Shown here: one piece after another, positions 17,708 through 26,601 of the stretch | How positions within the stretch are numbered: position 1 is the stretch's first letter | How the letters are laid out: every line of letters begins with the position of its first letter | Program-made: the position numbers and the translations under genes | The notes under the pieces: model-generated | Database searches by the model: none | Told to the model about the DNA's origin: nothing | The model's input: only the letters and a program-made list of their open reading frames with translations | Source of the DNA: Eubacteriales bacterium | Lineage (GTDB): Bacteria > Bacillota > Clostridia > Oscillospirales > CAG-272 | Direction: 5' to 3' | DNA: 64,000 nt | Assembly: GCA_045632285.1 (NCBI GenBank) | Contig: JAZQWJ010000069.1 | Location: 235 to 64,234 of the forward strand

Positions 17708-18531
17708 GGAGTTGTGTGCCGCACTGCGGCTGCGCCGAAAAGATCGGAGGGGGATAAGATCAGCGCATCGATGCCCATAGCGATCAGCTCCGGCAGCAGC
17801 TGTTGCAGGGCGAGAGAGCCGGCGCGTATGGCGGCGCGGCGACCCACAAGATGCGTGTTGCCGACTGCGATCTCGACAAGGTGCAGTAAGGGATCGCGCC
17901 CGGCAGCAAGCAACGCGGCACGATCCCTTGCGTTGGGAGGAGCCCCCAGCGTCAGGGAGATCAGTGCATCCAGCTCCAATATCACAAGGTCAGCCTCTTG
18001 CACAAGTCGGCGCGAGTGCATAACCGCCGCAGGGGAGGAAATGGAGATATATAGCTCGGTCAGCTCGTCAAAGGTCTCGCCCTGTGCTGTCAAGCGGCGC
18101 ATCGTTGTCTCTGTATACTGCCTTGCACTTGCGATCTCTGCGGTAGAGCAGACAAGCGGTAGTAGCAGCGCCACGGGTCCAAGGCGGGAGGCGCGCAGCG
18201 CGGCCGAAAGATAGGCTTCCATCAGGGCGGGGCGTTGCAGGGTCGCGCGGATGCCGGAAGCAGCGTTCTTTTCGTTGGGGACGGGAGCGGAAAGGATCAC
18301 CTGCTGCCCAAGCGCCGCTTTCACGGCGCTTGCAAATTGGCTGTACAGGCGCTCCTCGGCGTGCATCAGGGCCTCTGCGTGCAGAAAAGAGGGGTCCAGA
18401 AGCAGACGCTTACCGCCTATCCCCGATGACAACGCTCCCTGATCCAAGGGGGCCGAAAGGGCAGCGATCAACGTGATCTCATCGGCACTTGCGTTTGCTC
18501 TTGCAGCTTCTTTTAGCATGATTACCCCCAT
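17704..18531 (-). CDS. PEP-utilising-enzyme TIM-barrel (Enzyme I C-terminal domain)-like protein, lacking N-terminal domains
   Basis: [24 protein letters not shown] corresponds to [38 protein letters not shown] corresponds to FSIGTNDLTQYTL. IRAGSLA occupies the position of MCGELA. It is only 275 aa, with no HPr-binding or phospho-His domain. Confidence 0.6.
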   Translation of the reverse strand: [275 protein letters not shown]

Positions 18532-18579
18532 AACGGTGTGCGTTTTTCATAGTTTTTGCCGAAAAGCACGCAAACATAC

Positions 18580-18610
18580 AAAAAGGCTCCGCGCAAAATT
18601 GCGCGGAGCC
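18580..18610 (-). terminator. Rho-independent terminator after the DUF1846 gene
   Basis: The minus strand reads GGCTCCGCGCAATTTTGCGCGGAGCC followed by TTTTT. Confidence 0.8.
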
Positions 18611-18617
18611 GATGAGA

Positions 18618-20108
18618 TCAACCGTGATACAGCTTTTTGGTTTGATAGCGAGGCTCGCAGGTCATTTGGATGCCCAGCTTTTTCAGCGTGCTTTGATCGT
18701 TTTGAGAAAGGATCACCGTAGAATGCGCTTCGCAGTGGCGCAGTGCAGAAAGCTGCTCCAGTGCACGGCGCGCGGTCTCGTCGCCCACGGCGCAGATCGA
18801 CAGGGCGATCAGCACCTCGTCTAAATGCAGGCGGGGATTGTGGTTGCCAAGGCGTTGGATCTTCAGCGCGGATACGGGCTCCAGGATCTCGGGGGAGATC
18901 AGCTTGGTCTCCTTGGGGATGTTGGCAAGCAGCTTTAGGGCGTTCAGTAGCATAGCCGAGGCGGCGCCAAGCAGCTTGGTCGTTTTTCCCGTAACGATGC
19001 GGCCGTCCAAAAGCTCCAGCGACACCGCAGGCTCACCGGTCTGCTCGGCGCGCTCAAGCGCGGCGGCGATCACGGGGCGGTGAGAGGTGTCAAGGCCGTC
19101 CTTGGCCATCAGCATACGGATGCTCTCGACCTCGGTATCGTTGCCCTCGCCCTTGCGTTGGCGGCAGAGTGCGGTATAGTAGCGGCGCAGGATCTCGTCG
19201 CGTGCACCCTCGCGCACGGCGTCGTCGTCAAAAATGCAATTGCCGACCATATTGACGCCCATATCGGTGGGGGATTGGTAGGGGCACTCGCCGTAAATAT
19301 GTTCGAACATTGCCTTGACCACGGGAAAGATCTCTACGTCGCGGTTATAGTTGACGGCGGTGGTGCCGTAAGCGGCCAAGTGGAAGGGGTCGACGATGTT
19401 GCGGTCGTTGAGATCGGCGGTGGCGGCCTCATAGGCCAGATTGACAGGATGCGTCAGGGGCAGATTCCAAACAGGGAAGGTCTCAAACTTGGCATAGCCC
19501 GAGCGGATGCCGCGCTTGTTGTCAAGATAGAGCTGAGACAGGCAGGTCGCCATCTTGCCCGATCCGGGGCCGGGCGCGGTGACCACCACCAGCGAGCGAG
19601 AGGTCTCGATATATTCGTTTTGGCCAAAGCCGTCGTCGCTGACGATCTTTTTTACGTCAAGGGGGTATCCCTCGATAGAATAATGGCGATAGACCTTTAG
19701 GCCAAGGCTTTCCAGACGCTTTTGAAAGGCGATGGCGGCGCCCTGCTCTGTAAAGCGGGTCAGCACCACGCTGCCCACGTAAAGGCCAAAGCCACGGAAG
19801 GCATCGATCAAGCGGAGCACGTCCTGGTCGTAGGTGATGCCAAGGTCGCCGCGCACCTTGTTTTTCTCGATATCGGCGGCGTTGATCACAATGACGATCT
19901 CTGCCTCGGAGGCAAGCTCTACCAGCATACGGATCTTGCTGTCGGGCGCAAATCCGGGCAACACGCGAGAGGCGTGATAGTCATCAAAAAGCTTGCCGCC
20001 AAACTCCAGATAGAGCTTGCCGCCAAACTGCTGAATGCGCTCGTGGATATGGCTGGATTGATCCTTGATATATTGGTCGTTATCAAATCCGATCTTAAAC
20101 ATGGTCAA
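18618..20108 (-). CDS. DUF1846 (UPF0371) family protein
   Basis: The N-terminal block [43 protein letters not shown] is characteristic of this conserved Firmicute family, as far as I recognise it. At about 496 aa the length is typical. Confidence 0.75.
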   Translation of the reverse strand: MTMFKIGFDNDQYIKDQSSHIHERIQQFGGKLYLEFGGKLFDDYHASRVLPGFAPDSKIRMLVELASEAEIVIVINAADIEKNKVRGDLGITYDQDVLRLIDAFRGFGLYVGSVVLTRFTEQGAAIAFQKRLESLGLKVYRHYSIEGYPLDVKKIVSDDGFGQNEYIETSRSLVVVTAPGPGSGKMATCLSQLYLDNKRGIRSGYAKFETFPVWNLPLTHPVNLAYEAATADLNDRNIVDPFHLAAYGTTAVNYNRDVEIFPVVKAMFEHIYGECPYQSPTDMGVNMVGNCIFDDDAVREGARDEILRRYYTALCRQRKGEGNDTEVESIRMLMAKDGLDTSHRPVIAAALERAEQTGEPAVSLELLDGRIVTGKTTKLLGAASAMLLNALKLLANIPKETKLISPEILEPVSALKIQRLGNHNPRLHLDEVLIALSICAVGDETARRALEQLSALRHCEAHSTVILSQNDQSTLKKLGIQMTCEPRYQTKKLYHG

Positions 20109-20195
20109 AGCCTCCGGTTTTTAACTGCGTTACGTACAACATTCAGTATATCACAAAAACGCTTTTTGGGCAAGGGCTTTTTATAAAAAACAAGC

Positions 20196-20232
20196 AAAAA
20201 AATAGCTGCGCCCCGCAAGTGCGGGGCACAGC
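20196..20232 (-). terminator. Rho-independent terminator after the sugar-phosphate isomerase gene
   Basis: The minus strand has a GCTGTGCCCCGC-ACTT-GCGGGGCGCAGC stem followed by a T-rich tract. Confidence 0.7.
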
Positions 20233-20243
20233 CGTTTGGGGGA

Positions 20244-21182
20244 TCAAATATCGGTATCGCTTTCGGAAAGGATGCGTGCGCGGAAGTATTTTCCGATGTT
20301 GATGATGTGGGAGAGGACGGATTCCCACAGAGGCTTGGGCGTGAGATCGGTCACGCGGAAGGTCTCAAAGCACATCGAGCCGCGGTAATTGATGTGACGG
20401 AGTCCCGCGATAAATTGCTCCCAATCCAGTGCACAGGTGCAGGTTTTGTAATAGCGGGTCTGCGTATAGGGCGCCATATGCAGGTCGTTTTGGCCGTCGT
20501 TGTCGTGGATGTGCAGGCAGGTCAGGCGGTGACCGAGGGTTTCAAGATAGTGGCAGATGTTTTTGTGCAGCAGATTGGCGTGGCCCACGTCAAAGCAAAA
20601 GCCAAAGCAATCGCAGCCGGCCTCGGCATTCAGGGTATCGATGTAGCGAACGGCTTCCTCGGCGTCGGCGCAAACACCCTCTAAAACGCGACCCGTTCCC
20701 ACGGTAAACAGGTTTTCAAGGCAGATCTTGACACCGGTCTCTTTGGCGATGGGCATCAGCCGGCGGTACAGCATCATATTGGTCTCCCACTCCTTTTCCT
20801 TGGTGGATCTGGTAACGGGATGGATCACGATGGCAGGGCATCCTATGGCAGCGCAGGTACGCATGATCTTTTCCAGAGTGGGGATCATAAATTCGTTGTG
20901 CGCATCCTCGCCCTTGCGCCAGATGGGGAAGGGGGCGTGGGCGTGAGACACGGTGATGCCTTGCTTGTCTGCAGCAGCCTTCATAGCGAGAAAAGGCTTT
21001 GCAAATTCTTCAAAGGGCAGATCGTAGCGAGAGGGAAGAATGGTTTGATTTTTTGCATCGTAGCTCAGGTGGGCAAAGCCCAGATCCATGGTTTCAAAGC
21101 CAACGCGCTTGGCCCATTCCAAGGATCTTTCGGGATCAGCGAATGAAAGCCAGCCTGCGGTTTGTGTTCCGATCTTTAACAT
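20244..21182 (-). CDS. Sugar phosphate isomerase/epimerase (xylose-isomerase-like TIM barrel)
   Basis: The ATG at 21182 is 8 nt after GGAGG, and the track TTG at 21197 lies inside that RBS. Metal-ligand blocks typical of the AP_endonuc_2 fold are present (ICLENL, FDVGHANL, LHIHDNDG, FET). Confidence 0.8.
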   Translation of the reverse strand: MLKIGTQTAGWLSFADPERSLEWAKRVGFETMDLGFAHLSYDAKNQTILPSRYDLPFEEFAKPFLAMKAAADKQGITVSHAHAPFPIWRKGEDAHNEFMIPTLEKIMRTCAAIGCPAIVIHPVTRSTKEKEWETNMMLYRRLMPIAKETGVKICLENLFTVGTGRVLEGVCADAEEAVRYIDTLNAEAGCDCFGFCFDVGHANLLHKNICHYLETLGHRLTCLHIHDNDGQNDLHMAPYTQTRYYKTCTCALDWEQFIAGLRHINYRGSMCFETFRVTDLTPKPLWESVLSHIINIGKYFRARILSESDTDI

Positions 21183-21366
21183 GATGTTTACCTCCAATTT
21201 TTAAAAAGCCGCCTAACGGTATCAAAAAACGGAGCTTGGCGGCTTGCGGATCCTCTGCCCCCGGCAGAGTGTACGGATACAGTATACTACACTTTTGCTT
21301 TGGGGGCAATAGGATTGCTGAAATTTGCAAAAAATGTCGATTGTGTACCGCTTGCGGAGAGAGGTG

Positions 21367-21395
21367 TTGACTTTGTCCGGCGCTTGTGTTATAAT
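21367..21395 (+). promoter_or_regulatory. Consensus sigma-A promoter upstream of the MATE transporter gene
   Basis: TTGACT (21367-21372), a 17-nt spacer, then TATAAT (21390-21395). Confidence 0.65.
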
Positions 21396-21430
21396 GGGCG
21401 CTACGTGTGATAAGAAAGGAGCGTGATAAA

Positions 21431-22762
21431 GTGGCCATCCATCTGTCGGATCATTTTACCTATCGGCGTATTTTGCGTTTTACGGCGCCGTCGGTGTTGA
21501 TGATGATCTTTACGTCGATCTACGGTGTGGTAGACGGTTTTTTTGTCTCTAATTTTGTTGGCAAGGTTCCCTTTGCCGCAGTCAACTTTATCATGCCCTT
21601 TTTGATGATCCTCGCTGCCTTTGGATTTATGATCGGTGCGGGCGGTACCGCTGTGGTGTCGCAGGCGATGGGCGAGGGTAGGAGCGACGATGCAAAGCGC
21701 TATTTTACATTTCTCACCGTTTTTGTGATTGGCGGTGGCGCGGTGCTTGCCGCGCTTGGCGTTGCTTTTATGGGCCCCATTTGCCGCCTTCTTGGTGCCG
21801 AGGGCGAACTGCTTGAGGATTGCGTGCTGTACGGGCGCATCATTTTGGTGGCGTTGCCTGCGTATATGCTGCAAACGATGTTTCAAAGCTTTTTGATCAC
21901 TGCCGAGCGCCCAAAGCTGGGGCTTTGGATCACGGTGGCGGCGGGCGTTTGCAATATGGTGCTGGACTTTTTGCTGGTCTATGTATTTTCCCTGGGGCTT
22001 GCGGGTGCTGCCCTTGCCACCGGCATCAGCCAAGGCGTTGGCGGTGTTGTGCCGCTGCTGTATTTTTGTGGCAAACGGGGAAGGGTGTTGCACTTTAAAC
22101 GGTTTAAGTTTTACGGATACGTATTGCGAAAAACCTGTACGAACGGCTCCTCAGAGCTGATGTCTAACATCTCAATGTCGGTGGTGGGCATTTTGTATAA
22201 CAACCGTTTGCTTGCCCTTGCGGGCGAGGACGGTGTGGCCGCCTATGGCGTGATCATGTACGTCAACTTTATCTTTGTGGCCATCTTTATCGGCTACAGC
22301 ATTGGTGTGGCGCCTGTGATCGGGTATCATTACGGCGCGCGCAACCGATCTGAGCTGAAGGGGCTGCTGAAAAAAAGCACGGTGATCGTGGGGGCGGGCG
22401 GCGTTTTGCTGACTGCTGTGGGGATGGCGTTCTCTTATCCCTTTTCCCTTATATTTGTAGGCTACGACACGGCGCTGCTGGATATGACGGTGCGCGGCCT
22501 TTTGATCTCCGCCGTTTCCTTTTTGTTTTGCGGCTTTGGTATTTTTGGCTCCTCGTTTTTCACCGCGCTTGGCGATGGACTGACATCTGCGCTGATCTCG
22601 TTTTGCCGCACGATGGTGTTTCAGGCGGGCGCCATACTGTTGCTGTCGGCGCTGTTCCGACTGAACGGCATTTGGTTTTCGATCTCTGTGGCCGAGGCTT
22701 TGGCCGCCGCAATGACCGCTTTGTTTATACTTGGCAAGCGGAAAAAGTACGGATATTTGTGA
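21431..22762 (+). CDS. MATE-family efflux transporter
   Basis: It has 12-TM hydrophobicity and the N-terminal MatE signature ..ILRFTAPSVLMMIFTSIYGVVDGFFVSNFVG. The GTG at 21431 lies 9 nt after AAGGAG. The track start at 21407 would fall only about 12 nt after the -10 box. Confidence 0.8.
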   Translation: MAIHLSDHFTYRRILRFTAPSVLMMIFTSIYGVVDGFFVSNFVGKVPFAAVNFIMPFLMILAAFGFMIGAGGTAVVSQAMGEGRSDDAKRYFTFLTVFVIGGGAVLAALGVAFMGPICRLLGAEGELLEDCVLYGRIILVALPAYMLQTMFQSFLITAERPKLGLWITVAAGVCNMVLDFLLVYVFSLGLAGAALATGISQGVGGVVPLLYFCGKRGRVLHFKRFKFYGYVLRKTCTNGSSELMSNISMSVVGILYNNRLLALAGEDGVAAYGVIMYVNFIFVAIFIGYSIGVAPVIGYHYGARNRSELKGLLKKSTVIVGAGGVLLTAVGMAFSYPFSLIFVGYDTALLDMTVRGLLISAVSFLFCGFGIFGSSFFTALGDGLTSALISFCRTMVFQAGAILLLSALFRLNGIWFSISVAEALAAAMTALFILGKRKKYGYL

Positions 22763-22852
22763 TATTTTTTGTGTATATGGCCGAGAGGGCGGCGATTTCA
22801 CCGGCATTTCTTGCCAAAAATGCGAAAAAATGACCTAAAATAAAAAAAACTA

Positions 22853-22882
22853 TTGACAAAACGACCCGGTTTCGTATATAAT
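22853..22882 (+). promoter_or_regulatory. Sigma-A-type promoter for rpmH
   Basis: TTGACA (22853-22858), then TATATAAT 16-18 nt downstream. Confidence 0.6.
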
Positions 22883-22963
22883 ATATGTTGTCACTGTAAA
22901 AAGCGTCCATTGGGTTCACTGTCCGATACGCTTCCGAATCCAAAAATCTAAGGAGGTGCCACC

Positions 22964-23098
22964 ATGCTCAGAACTTACCAGCCCAAAAAGCGTCAGAGAA
23001 AGAAGGAGCACGGTTTCAGAAAGAGAATGAAGACTGCTGACGGCAGAAACGTTCTCAAGAGAAGACGTGCAAAAGGCAGAAAGAGACTGACCTACTAA
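22964..23098 (+). CDS. rpmH: 50S ribosomal protein L34
   Basis: It is absent from the ORF track because it is only 44 aa. AAGGAGG RBS, and the translation is [44 protein letters not shown]. Confidence 0.95.
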   Translation: MLRTYQPKKRQRKKEHGFRKRMKTADGRNVLKRRRAKGRKRLTY

Positions 23099-23130
23099 TT
23101 CCCGGTCGTCGGATTTCTCACATAGAAAAT

Positions 23131-23166
23131 GACCGGTGTATTTGTTCACACCGGTCTTTTTTCTCC
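23131..23166 (+). terminator. Rho-independent terminator after rpmH
   Basis: GACCGGTGT-ATTTGTTC-ACACCGGTC followed by TTTTTT. Confidence 0.75.
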
Positions 23167-23390
23167 AAATCTTGAATGAAATAAGCGGCGCAATACGGCG
23201 TTGCTCCTCGCAGACGACCTCAACGTACGCCAAGTATGTTATCGCCCGTCTGCTGCGGTGCGCCTGGTCTTGCTTGCTTTTTTCATCCAAGGGATGTCCG
23301 GAAGAAATTCCGCGAGGGAAGCCGGGAGATCATCCAAGCCGATCCCGGAAGGAATTCCACAATCACAATTTTCAACGGAAGTGAATACAG

Positions 23391-23774
23391 ATGAAGCAAT
23401 ACGCGATCAAAGAACACCATCTTTATAACAAGGCCTTTTCCAAGGGTCAGCGTGCCGTTGGCAAGCTGGTGGCCGTTTACGTGCTGCGGGATTATGCCGC
23501 AAAGCGCATTATGCAGGCCAACCCGCAAAAGAAGTATCTCAACCGCGTTGGATTGTCGGTCGGCAAGCGGATCGGCAGTGCGGTGCATCGCAATCGCGCA
23601 AAGCGACTTTTGCGCGAGGGCTACCGTGCCGTGCAAGCGGCGGGTGTGGCCAAGGGCTATCTGGTCGTATTGGCCGCGCGAGAGGAGATCAAGGGCAAAA
23701 AGGCACAGAACGTGCAAAAGGAAATGCTGTACCTGTTCCGCCGCCTTGACCTTTTGCAGGATAAAATAAAATGA
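23391..23774 (+). CDS. rnpA: Ribonuclease P protein component
   Basis: It is basic and 127 aa, with the RNR motif block [15 protein letters not shown]. It sits in the conserved position before yidD and yidC. Confidence 0.9.
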   Translation: MKQYAIKEHHLYNKAFSKGQRAVGKLVAVYVLRDYAAKRIMQANPQKKYLNRVGLSVGKRIGSAVHRNRAKRLLREGYRAVQAAGVAKGYLVVLAAREEIKGKKAQNVQKEMLYLFRRLDLLQDKIK

Positions 23775-24163
23775 AGTATTTGTGTATCTGGCTGATCAAA
23801 TTTTACAGAAAGTGTCTGTCACCCCTGAAAGGAAAGCCCTGCTGTCGGTTTGTGCCGTCATGCTCTGCCTATGCCATTGAGGCATTTCAAAAACGTGGCT
23901 TTTTCGTGGGACTTATCATGTCGGTATGGCGCATTTTGCGTTGCAACCCTTATTGTGAGGGGGGCTACGATCCCGTGCCCGACAAGGGACTGCGATACAA
24001 GGGCTCGCGGGTGATCCCGATCACTTATGACCATCACTGCCCGGGAGAGGAGGGCAGCTGCTGTCACTGCGACGGCGAAATCGCCTCTCAGGAAGCGGAG
24101 AACCGAGAAGAGAACTTGGAAGAAACCGCTATTTCCAATGACCGAAAGGATCAAAATCAATGA
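23771..24163 (+). CDS. yidD: Membrane protein insertion efficiency factor YidD, with C-terminal extension
   Basis: The core is [34 protein letters not shown]. An extra tail of about 55 aa contains [16 protein letters not shown] and an acidic end. It overlaps rnpA and yidC by 4 nt each. Confidence 0.85.
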   Translation: MKYLCIWLIKFYRKCLSPLKGKPCCRFVPSCSAYAIEAFQKRGFFVGLIMSVWRILRCNPYCEGGYDPVPDKGLRYKGSRVIPITYDHHCPGEEGSCCHCDGEIASQEAENREENLEETAISNDRKDQNQ

Positions 24164-25812
24164 AAAAGAAAGTAATCAAGCGCATTTTGCTTGCAGTTCT
24201 TGCAACGGCAATGCTGCTTTGCGTGCTGACCGCCTGTGGTGGCGGTGGTGTTGCCGTGGCAACGCCGGACAGCATCCCCACCCCCTTGGACGAAACGCAG
24301 CACGTCAGCTATCTGGCCAATCTGCTGATGACCAACCAAGAGGCTGTACAGGCATTTGTGGCGGCATCTCGCGGCTACAATATGTATGAGCAGGGCTTTA
24401 AGGACAACGATCTGAACAAGGACGGTGCCGACGACGGCAATCTGCCCGCGGCCGATCTTGGCACTGTAAACCTGGAGGCGGCCAAGACCGCGCTTTCCAA
24501 GGTGACCCCCACCGAGCAGAGCAAAAAGGACAACTACTTTTTGCCTCTTTACAACAACCTGACCGAAGAGCAGGTGAAAAACGTTGTCAACGCCATTAAG
24601 GCTGCAAACACCGTGGATCTGACCGAGCCCAACAACCCCATGGTCTGGATCGGTAAGTTCCTGAATGTGCTGACCAAGATCACGGGCGGCTATTACGTGC
24701 TGGCGCTGCTGATCTTTGCCATTATCGTAGAAATTCTGCTGCTCTACTTCAGCATCAAGCAGCAAAAGAACTCCATCAAGCAGGCGCGTATGTCCCCCAA
24801 GGAGCGTGCCATCCGCAAAAAGTATGCAGGCCGCAACGATCAGGTCTCTCTGCGCAAGCAGCAGGAGGAGATCCAGCGCCTGTATCAGGAGGAGGGCTTT
24901 AACCCCATGGGCGGCTGTCTGCCTATGCTGATCCAAATGCCCATCCTGATCATGCTGTACAACATCGTGATCGATCCCCTTTACTACGTGCTGGGCAAGG
25001 CCGAGGGCCTTTCCGCAGCGCTTTCCACCTATGCAACCACGGCACGTGCCGCCGGCGGCCTTGGCATCAAGCTTGGATCCAGCAATAGCACCATCGAGCT
25101 GCTTTCCAATCTTGACAGCAATAAGCTGACAGGCTTGCAGAATTTTGCATACTATTCCAACAGCGCCGATTGCGCTAAGGCACTGGAGGGCATTCAGCTC
25201 CCCAAGTTCACTATGTTTGGCCTGAACGTTGGTGCGACCCCCTCCTTTACCCCCGACAGAACCGTTTACTTCTGGCTGCTGCTGATCCCCGTGCTGACCT
25301 TTGTGGCTTACTTCTTCAGCATGAAGATCAACCGCAAGCTGATGTATCAGCCCGCAATGGACGCTATGACCAGCCAGCAGGTTGGATGCTCCAACAATAT
25401 GATGGACATCACCATGCCCCTGATGAGTGTGTTCATCGCATTTGTGACTCCTGCCGCCATTGGTATCTACTGGATCTTTAAGTGCCTGATCGGTGTTGGC
25501 AAGCAGTATATCATCCACAAGCTGATGCCGCTGCCCACCTTTACCGAAGAGGATTATAAGCAGGCCGAAAAGGAGATCAAGGCCAAGAGCAAGGGTCAGC
25601 GCCTGCCCTCTGTGATGCAGGCAACCGACGGCCGCCAGTATCGCTCGCTCCATCACATTGATGACGAGGACGATCTTCCCCCTCGCGGTAGCGTGCAAAA
25701 ATCTGCCGTGTACGTGGATGATGAGGATGAGATGGCTGCCGTGCAGGAAAAGCCTGAAAGCAAAATGGCCGCACCCTTAAAGGACGACCGCAAAAATGAC
25801 CGCAAAAAGTGA
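24160..25812 (+). CDS. yidC: YidC/Oxa1-family membrane insertase (lipoprotein-type, unusually long)
   Basis: It has a lipobox LTAC at the N-terminus. The insertase core is ..[37 protein letters not shown]... It also carries a long extracytoplasmic N-terminal region and a charged C-terminal tail. Confidence 0.85.
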   Translation: MKKKVIKRILLAVLATAMLLCVLTACGGGGVAVATPDSIPTPLDETQHVSYLANLLMTNQEAVQAFVAASRGYNMYEQGFKDNDLNKDGADDGNLPAADLGTVNLEAAKTALSKVTPTEQSKKDNYFLPLYNNLTEEQVKNVVNAIKAANTVDLTEPNNPMVWIGKFLNVLTKITGGYYVLALLIFAIIVEILLLYFSIKQQKNSIKQARMSPKERAIRKKYAGRNDQVSLRKQQEEIQRLYQEEGFNPMGGCLPMLIQMPILIMLYNIVIDPLYYVLGKAEGLSAALSTYATTARAAGGLGIKLGSSNSTIELLSNLDSNKLTGLQNFAYYSNSADCAKALEGIQLPKFTMFGLNVGATPSFTPDRTVYFWLLLIPVLTFVAYFFSMKINRKLMYQPAMDAMTSQQVGCSNNMMDITMPLMSVFIAFVTPAAIGIYWIFKCLIGVGKQYIIHKLMPLPTFTEEDYKQAEKEIKAKSKGQRLPSVMQATDGRQYRSLHHIDDEDDLPPRGSVQKSAVYVDDEDEMAAVQEKPESKMAAPLKDDRKNDRKK

Positions 25813-26518
25813 GGAAAAGACATTGAAAAAGCAAACGATCGTAACGGCAAAGACCGTTGAAGAGGCTATTGCAAAGGCCGTGGCAGAGCTGGGTGCTCCC
25901 AGTGCCGAGGCTGTAGAGTATACTGTGTTGGAGGAAGCAAAGAAGGGCTTTTTCGGCCTTGGTGCCACCCCCGCAAAGGTAGAGGTGACCTATGCGCCCA
26001 AGGGTGCTGAGGTCGCACTGGACTTTATCCGCAATCTGGTTGACAGCATGGGCCTGGAGGCCAAGGTCACCCTGACCGAGGTCGAGGGCGAGAATAAGCT
26101 GATCCGTGTGGACGGCGAAAGCGCAGGCGTGCTGATCGGTCATCACGGCGACACCCTTGACAGCTTGCAGTATCTGGCAAACCTTGCCGCAAACAAGAAG
26201 GTTGCCGGCGAGAAGCGCGAGTACTGCCGTATTACCGTTGACGTTGAGAACTATCGCCTGAAGCGCGAGGAGACCCTGCGCGCACTGGCTCGCCGTATGG
26301 CAGACAAGGTCCTGCGTTATAAAAAGAGCGTGATGCTGGAGCCCATGAATCCCTACGAGCGCCGCATCATCCACTCTGAGGTACAGAAGGTCGAGGGCGT
26401 TTCTACCAACTCCATCGGCAGCGAGAACAATCGCAAGGTGGTGCTGTATCTGGACAACGAGGATGCTGTTGAAAGCAACTACGTTGCACGCAATCACGAG
26501 GAGAACGGCGAATTTTAA
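25796..26518 (+). CDS. jag: Jag/KhpB RNA-binding protein (Jag_N, KH, R3H)
   Basis: TVEEAIAKAVAELG (Jag_N), GHHGDTLDSLQYL (KH-like GxxG) and MNPYERRIIHSEV (R3H). It sits in the conserved position after yidC. Confidence 0.85.
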   Translation: MTAKSEEKTLKKQTIVTAKTVEEAIAKAVAELGAPSAEAVEYTVLEEAKKGFFGLGATPAKVEVTYAPKGAEVALDFIRNLVDSMGLEAKVTLTEVEGENKLIRVDGESAGVLIGHHGDTLDSLQYLANLAANKKVAGEKREYCRITVDVENYRLKREETLRALARRMADKVLRYKKSVMLEPMNPYERRIIHSEVQKVEGVSTNSIGSENNRKVVLYLDNEDAVESNYVARNHEENGEF

Positions 26519-26536
26519 TTGCTGATCAAACGCGGT

Positions 26537-26577
26537 ACAGCCCCGTCCCGATCCGGGGCGGGGCTGTATGTTATTTT
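26537..26577 (+). terminator. Probable rho-independent terminator after jag
   Basis: ACAGCCCCGTCCCG / CGGGGCGGGGCTGT stem followed by a weak T-tract. Confidence 0.55.
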
Positions 26578-26601
26578 GAATGATCGAAAGGAAAAGAGCC
26601 A

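Noticed and set aside
21183-22963. A possible oriC at the strand-switch point between the dnaX block and the rpmH block.
   Set aside because: I found no TTATCCACA/TGTGGATAA boxes or AT-rich unwinding element in the intergenic segments 21183-21430 and 22763-22963. Ordinary promoters account for these segments, and dnaA is absent from the window.
23136-23428. The 82-aa and 75-aa plus-strand ORFs in the rpmH-rnpA spacer.
   Set aside because: The first ORF begins inside the rpmH terminator hairpin. Neither ORF has an RBS, and both have Arg/Ser/Cys-rich, non-protein-like composition. The spacer is treated as non-coding and reported as a finding.
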